Below the pieces are notes generated by a model. The model was not told the DNA's origin. It searched no databases and worked only from the letters and a program-made list of their open reading frames with translations. The position numbers were made by a program, and so were the translations under genes. A stretch of DNA of 59,170 nucleotides from Bacteroidota bacterium (GTDB lineage Bacteria; Bacteroidota; Bacteroidia; Cytophagales; Cyclobacteriaceae): NCBI GenBank assembly GCA_049324355.1, contig JBMOKS010000511.1, forward strand, positions 1-59,170, given 5' to 3'. Positions 55,612 to 59,170 of this stretch are shown here, one piece after another. Each line of letters starts with the position of its first letter. The first letter of the stretch is position 1.

Positions 55612-57399
55612 ATGGCGAAGCGTAGCAAAGAACCTTTGAAGGAAGAGGAGAAACGGAAGATCAATAAAGAATCTTTGAAGCAGCTGCTGGGAATTTTCAA
55701 ATATACGCTGCCTTATCGCGGTATATTTATCATTGGCATTGTGTGCCTGGCGCTCTCCAGCGGCACGCTGCTGGCCTTTCCATATTTTGCCGGAAAACTG
55801 TTGGATGTTGCTTCCGGAAAACCGATTCCGTATTTCACCACCATAAGTCAGATCGCATTGACTCTGATGGCCATTTTATTGCTTCAAAGTGCCTTTTCGT
55901 TCACACGAGTTTATACATTTTCCATTGTCAGCGAACGCGCGCTGGCAGACGTGAGAAAATCAGTGTATAAAAAAATGGTTTGGCTCCCCATCAGCTTCTT
56001 TGATAACCGAAGAGTAGGTGAATTGACAAGCCGAATTACGGCAGATGTTGGTACACTCCACGACACATTTTCTTTTGCGTTGGCCGAATTGCTTCGCCAA
56101 GTGCTCACGCTGGTGTTAGGTACTGCCTGGATATTTTATCTCACACCAAAACTGACGACGTTTATGTTGCTCACGTTTCCGGTTTTAGTGGTGCTTGTTT
56201 TGTTGTTCGGAAAATTTATCCGGAAACAATCCAGGAATACACAAGACAAGCTGGCAGAAACAAACGTAATCGTAGATGAGTCGCTGCATTCTATTTCGGT
56301 AGTCAAATCGTTTACCAACGAAATGTTTGAGATAGCTCGATATTCGAAAGCTCTCAATCATGTTGTTGACGTTGCTTTGAAAACCGCTCGTTATCGTGCG
56401 TTGTTTATTTCGTTCACCATCATCACGCTGTTTGGCGGCATCGTTGCTGTGGGTTGGTACGGTGCCAGCTTGGTTCAAGCCAACGAAATGACAGTAGGCG
56501 AACTATTTTCTTTCGTGATATATACAAGCTTCATAGGCGGATCGATCGCAGGCGTGGGTGATATTTATACCCAACTGCAGCGCGCAGTTGGCGCGACGGA
56601 GCGAATCATGGAGATCATGAATCAGCCTGATGAATCGGCCGACGCGACCCATGCCGTGAAGCTGAAGGGAGAAGTAGATTTCGAGAACATTACGTTCTCT
56701 TACCCAAGCCGTCCTGATTTTACCGTTTTACAGGATTTGAACTTTAGGATTCGGCCCGGTGAAAAAATAGCATTTGTCGGACAAAGTGGTTCGGGCAAAT
56801 CCACCATTATCAACCTGCTGATGCGATTCTATCCCCTGAACCAGGGCACAATTAAGGTTGACGGTGAAGATATCCGCAATTTTAACCTCGCTGATTATCG
56901 CCATAATCTAGGCATAGTTCCGCAGGAGGTGATCTTATTTGGTGGTACGATCTTCGAAAACATTCTTTACGGAAAGCCAACCGCCAGTGCAGCCGAGGTT
57001 CGGGAGGCGGCCCGCAAGGCCAATGCGCTGGAATTTGTTGAAGGTTTCCCGGAGAAGTTTGAGACTGTGGTGGGCGAGAGGGGCGTAAAATTGTCCGGAG
57101 GTCAGCGGCAGCGTATTGCTATCGCCCGGGCTATACTCAAAGATCCGGCGATCCTGATCCTCGACGAAGCAACGAGTTCCTTGGATGCCCATGCGGAGGT
57201 GCTGGTTCAGGAAGCGTTGGAAAAATTAATGGAGGGCCGCACTAGTATTATCATTGCCCATCGCCTGAGTACGATTAAGAAAGTAGATCGTATCTTTGTT
57301 ATCAAAGACGGCAGATTGGCGGAAATGGGCTCACATGCCGAGCTAACACGTGTCAATAATGGCATCTACAGCAATCTGTTGAAGCTGCAATTACAATAG
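55612..57399 (+). CDS. ABC transporter, fused permease/ATPase (MsbA/ABCB-like)
   Basis: Six TM segments, FFD...GEL.SR, GQSGSGKST, LSGGQRQR, DEATSSLD and IAHRLST motifs. Confidence 0.94.
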   Translation: MAKRSKEPLKEEEKRKINKESLKQLLGIFKYTLPYRGIFIIGIVCLALSSGTLLAFPYFAGKLLDVASGKPIPYFTTISQIALTLMAILLLQSAFSFTRVYTFSIVSERALADVRKSVYKKMVWLPISFFDNRRVGELTSRITADVGTLHDTFSFALAELLRQVLTLVLGTAWIFYLTPKLTTFMLLTFPVLVVLVLLFGKFIRKQSRNTQDKLAETNVIVDESLHSISVVKSFTNEMFEIARYSKALNHVVDVALKTARYRALFISFTIITLFGGIVAVGWYGASLVQANEMTVGELFSFVIYTSFIGGSIAGVGDIYTQLQRAVGATERIMEIMNQPDESADATHAVKLKGEVDFENITFSYPSRPDFTVLQDLNFRIRPGEKIAFVGQSGSGKSTIINLLMRFYPLNQGTIKVDGEDIRNFNLADYRHNLGIVPQEVILFGGTIFENILYGKPTASAAEVREAARKANALEFVEGFPEKFETVVGERGVKLSGGQRQRIAIARAILKDPAILILDEATSSLDAHAEVLVQEALEKLMEGRTSIIIAHRLSTIKKVDRIFVIKDGRLAEMGSHAELTRVNNGIYSNLLKLQLQ

Positions 57400-57408
57400 T
57401 TTACTTTT

Positions 57409-57822
57409 ATGGACGCTGTTTCGAACCGGCTGTTAAAAGACTTCAGACTGCGGTCTACACCGAGTCGCCAGGAAATACTGCATCTGTTCCTGAAGCGCGA
57501 ATATGCCCTTTCTCATGGCGATATCGAAAAAGCTATTAGCAATTCACTTGACCGGGTCACCGTTTACCGTACCCTGAAAACTTTTCTGGACAAAGGCCTA
57601 ATTCATAAGGTGCTTGATGACGAAGGAAGTCTGAAATATGCCTTGTGCAACGATGCCTGTACCACCGCCGGTCACCATCACGACCACGTGCATTTTAAGT
57701 GTACAAAATGTGGACAAACCAACTGCCTCAGCATTGAGATCCCGATCATAAAATTGCCAAAAGGCTACAAAGCGCAGGAGCAAAATTTGCTGATTCAGGG
57801 TATATGCGAAAATTGCTCATAA
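57409..57822 (+). CDS. Fur-family transcriptional regulator
   Basis: LR.T..R, TVYRTL..F...G, HHHDHVHF.C..C and terminal C..C motifs. Confidence 0.92.
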   Translation: MDAVSNRLLKDFRLRSTPSRQEILHLFLKREYALSHGDIEKAISNSLDRVTVYRTLKTFLDKGLIHKVLDDEGSLKYALCNDACTTAGHHHDHVHFKCTKCGQTNCLSIEIPIIKLPKGYKAQEQNLLIQGICENCS

Positions 57823-57986
57823 TCAAATTTTTTCCATTCCATTTTTCGCTTTAAATTCCTTGGGATAAATCAGCCATGTAAGTTTTCGGGATTAAAATAT
57901 ATTTGTAGTTTTGACGATTAAGGAAGGCTGGAGTTGTGATTTTTTTCAAACGGTAAAGCTTCTATAAAAAGGTAAATAGACCCCTT

Positions 57987-58985
57987 TTGCAATCAGATTT
58001 GAACATACTTTTATTCACCATTTTGGAAAGTCAAAGAGAAACAATCCTCTTTGGCATTTTTGCCGTTATCATCATCCTTTTCCTTGTCCTTGACCTGGGT
58101 TTATTCCACAAGAAGGCCCATAAAATATCTACCCGTTCGGCACTTTATCAATCAATTTTCTGGGTAGTTGTTTCAACACTTTTTGGATTCTTCATATACG
58201 TTTACGACGAAAGTGGAGCCGTGGGCGCCGTGGAGTACTTTTCCGCTTACCTTACCGAATATGCCCTTTCGGTTGATAACATCTTCGTCATTCTGCTTAT
58301 TCTGAAATATTTCCGAGTTAACGAAGATTATTACCACAAGATCCTTTTCTGGGGGATTCTAGGGGCCATCGTCTTTCGCGCGATCTTCATCTTTGTGGGA
58401 ACATTCCTCATCTCGAAATTCCATTGGATACTCTACATATTCGGTGTGTTTCTGATTTATTCCGGTATCCGGATCTACTTCGAAGATGGCGACGAGAAGA
58501 TCGAACCCGAGAAGAATCCGATCCTGAAATTCTGCCGCAAATACCTACCCATTTCCCAGGGCGATTTTGGCGGGCGTTTTATGGTGCGCGACCACGGGAA
58601 AATTTTATTTACGCCCTTGTTTCTGGTGATTGTATTGATCGAAACCACAGACCTCATCTTCGCCGTCGATTCCATTCCGGCCGCATTTGCCATTACTCAA
58701 AACCCATTCCTCATCTATACGTCAAATATTTTTGCCGTGATGGGCCTTCGTGCCATGTTCTTCCTGCTGGCGGGCATCATCGATAAATTTTACTTATTGC
58801 AAAAGGGCCTTTCCATCATCCTGTTCTTTATTGGTGCTAAAATGTTGTTAGATATCTGGCATATCGAGGTGAATGTCTACCTCTCGTTTACCGTGATCAT
58901 CGCCACATTGACACTATCCATAATTTTCTCTGTTCTGATTCCACGCAAGGAAGAAGCTGTTGAAGAGACTCCAGACCGTTCCTAG
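57987..58985 (+). CDS. TerC/Alx family metal homeostasis membrane protein
   Basis: E..LSVDNIFV, LFWGILGA..FR, IE.TD..FA.DSIPA and SN.FA.MGLR motifs; start codon uncertain. Confidence 0.93.
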   Translation: MQSDLNILLFTILESQRETILFGIFAVIIILFLVLDLGLFHKKAHKISTRSALYQSIFWVVVSTLFGFFIYVYDESGAVGAVEYFSAYLTEYALSVDNIFVILLILKYFRVNEDYYHKILFWGILGAIVFRAIFIFVGTFLISKFHWILYIFGVFLIYSGIRIYFEDGDEKIEPEKNPILKFCRKYLPISQGDFGGRFMVRDHGKILFTPLFLVIVLIETTDLIFAVDSIPAAFAITQNPFLIYTSNIFAVMGLRAMFFLLAGIIDKFYLLQKGLSIILFFIGAKMLLDIWHIEVNVYLSFTVIIATLTLSIIFSVLIPRKEEAVEETPDRS

Positions 58986-59170
58986 TTCAACATCCCCCAC
59001 AATTTCATTTCTGAAATCTTATCTACGTTGAGTATGTGCCTTGATTATTTATAGGCGATGCCACGCGCTACTACGTCCCGGCATGGAAGGGATTAAAGAA
59101 CAATAGGCTGCAACAACTCAGAACTTAAGTCACAATACCCTCAGCAAAAAGGTTCTTCGGAAGAATCTTC

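Noticed and set aside
57915-57990. yybP-ykoY Mn riboswitch
   Set aside because: Only loose AAGG..GGAG and AGACC..TT resemblance; the conserved inner-loop arm is missing and the leader is too short.
59051-59100. Fluoride (crcB) riboswitch suggested by ATAGGCGATG
   Set aside because: Lacks the downstream CU(A/G)AUG element and the pseudoknot complement.

Overview
Core-genome stretch of a Bacteroidota chromosome, most consistent with Cytophagales (inferred from gene content, TAnnTTTG -7 promoter boxes and the scarcity of Shine-Dalgarno motifs). It holds about 55 densely packed, mostly housekeeping genes (nadK, pdxJ, glyA, tatC, rpiB, rbfA, radA, recG, fumC, recJ, lptB, recX, nadC, gpmI), envelope and sensor proteins, and one tRNA-Phe(GAA). 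I saw no transposase, integrase, prophage, CRISPR or recognisable defence genes. The signals not explained by standard annotation are: (i) a multi-stem, + strand structured RNA candidate between two convergent genes at ~25.32-25.50 kb; (ii) a DnaA-box cluster plus AT-rich tract at ~30.5-30.7 kb that looks like oriC, with no dnaA nearby; (iii) a GCTTT-core heptamer/23-mer tandem array with an inverted arm at ~18.2 kb; (iv) a Y_Y_Y beta-propeller sensor with no output domain facing an orphan multi-TM histidine kinase; (v) an active/inactive DUF3857-transglutaminase pair; (vi) an Hdr-like Fe-S pair followed by an SGCSID-motif protein; (vii) an AT-rich gene encoding a stand-alone TonB-plug-like protein. 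All family calls come from motif recognition by eye, not database searches, and I cannot establish from sequence alone that any of these is undescribed.
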